NCBI GenBank assembly: GCA_020137815.1 | Contig: CM035352.1 | Coordinates: 5,890,001 to 5,954,000 of the forward strand | Source of the DNA: Hormiphora californensis | Taxonomy: Eukaryota; Animalia; Ctenophora | DNA length: 64,000 nt | Reading direction: 5' to 3' | Shown here: piece by piece, positions 63,415-64,000 of the stretch | Layout of the letters: the number at the start of each line of letters is the position of its first letter | Position numbering within the stretch: the first letter of the stretch is position 1 | Program-made: the position numbers and the translations under genes | The notes under the pieces: model-generated | Told to the model about the DNA's origin: nothing | Database searches by the model: none | Seen by the model: only the letters and a program-made list of their open reading frames with translations

Positions 63415-64000
63415 GGGAAAGAGAGATAGAGAGACAGGAAGAGAGAGAGAGATAGAGAGACAGGAAGAGAGAGAGAGTTACAGAATGAATCCCAGGGGAG
63501 CTAGGAACATCTGATAAGAAACATGTGAACCCATACCACTTCATACCCCATACCAAATATTAAGTTTATCATAACGCTTTCCAGTTTCCTAGGTTGTTTA
63601 CCATAACGGTTAATTATTTTTTACACACTGCATACGATTTTCCACTGCATGCAGAGAAACTATCGTTGTATAAGAACCATGCAGCTAGATAGCCGTATGT
63701 TCGTGGTTTATCGCATGTATATTTAATAGATTACCACCACGGTGAAACACCACTGTGTTGCTGCAGTATAGGAATGGGCTACAGCTGTATATCGCAAAAT
63801 TTGCGTGTTGGGGAGGAACTAGGGAGAGAAGTGTGGTTTCAGATTTGATATTGATCCATCGCACTATATTAAGTACGTTGCACAGTGATGAGTGAATGGT
63901 ACAGCTGCTACGTGATATTAATAGTGTGGTCTGAAAGTCAATGTAGCACCTGAAATATGGACGACATGATTAGATTGTGTTGTGAATTAGATGTAGTTGT

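Overview
This is eukaryotic (animal) genomic DNA: GT-AG introns, (GA)n microsatellites and dense transposons. It is probably a ctenophore, possibly Pleurobrachia-like; that is an inference from the repeat content, divergent intronless GPCRs and nested genes. The left half holds a minus-strand midasin (MDN1) gene with about 37 exons, running off the left edge. Its introns carry an apparently intact LINE, many MITEs, a 3-kb foldback element, splice-site-anchored minisatellites and three antisense single-exon genes (two GPCRs and a LicD/fukutin-like protein). Directly upstream, H2A.X and CACYBP lie head-to-tail with MDN1, in a geometry suggesting a trans-spliced three-gene operon. The right half contains LINE fragments and a plus-strand TTC17-like gene. 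It also holds a hidden secreted cysteine-rich peptide gene split by a non-coding LTR retroelement. A minus-strand Pro-rich WH2 gene follows, whose introns contain nested DNA transposons, two solo LINE-ORF1-like ORFs and a multi-IQ gene. Some segments (about 43.4-47.2 kb and 56-57.8 kb) look error-prone. All calls were made by eye; no database searches were run.
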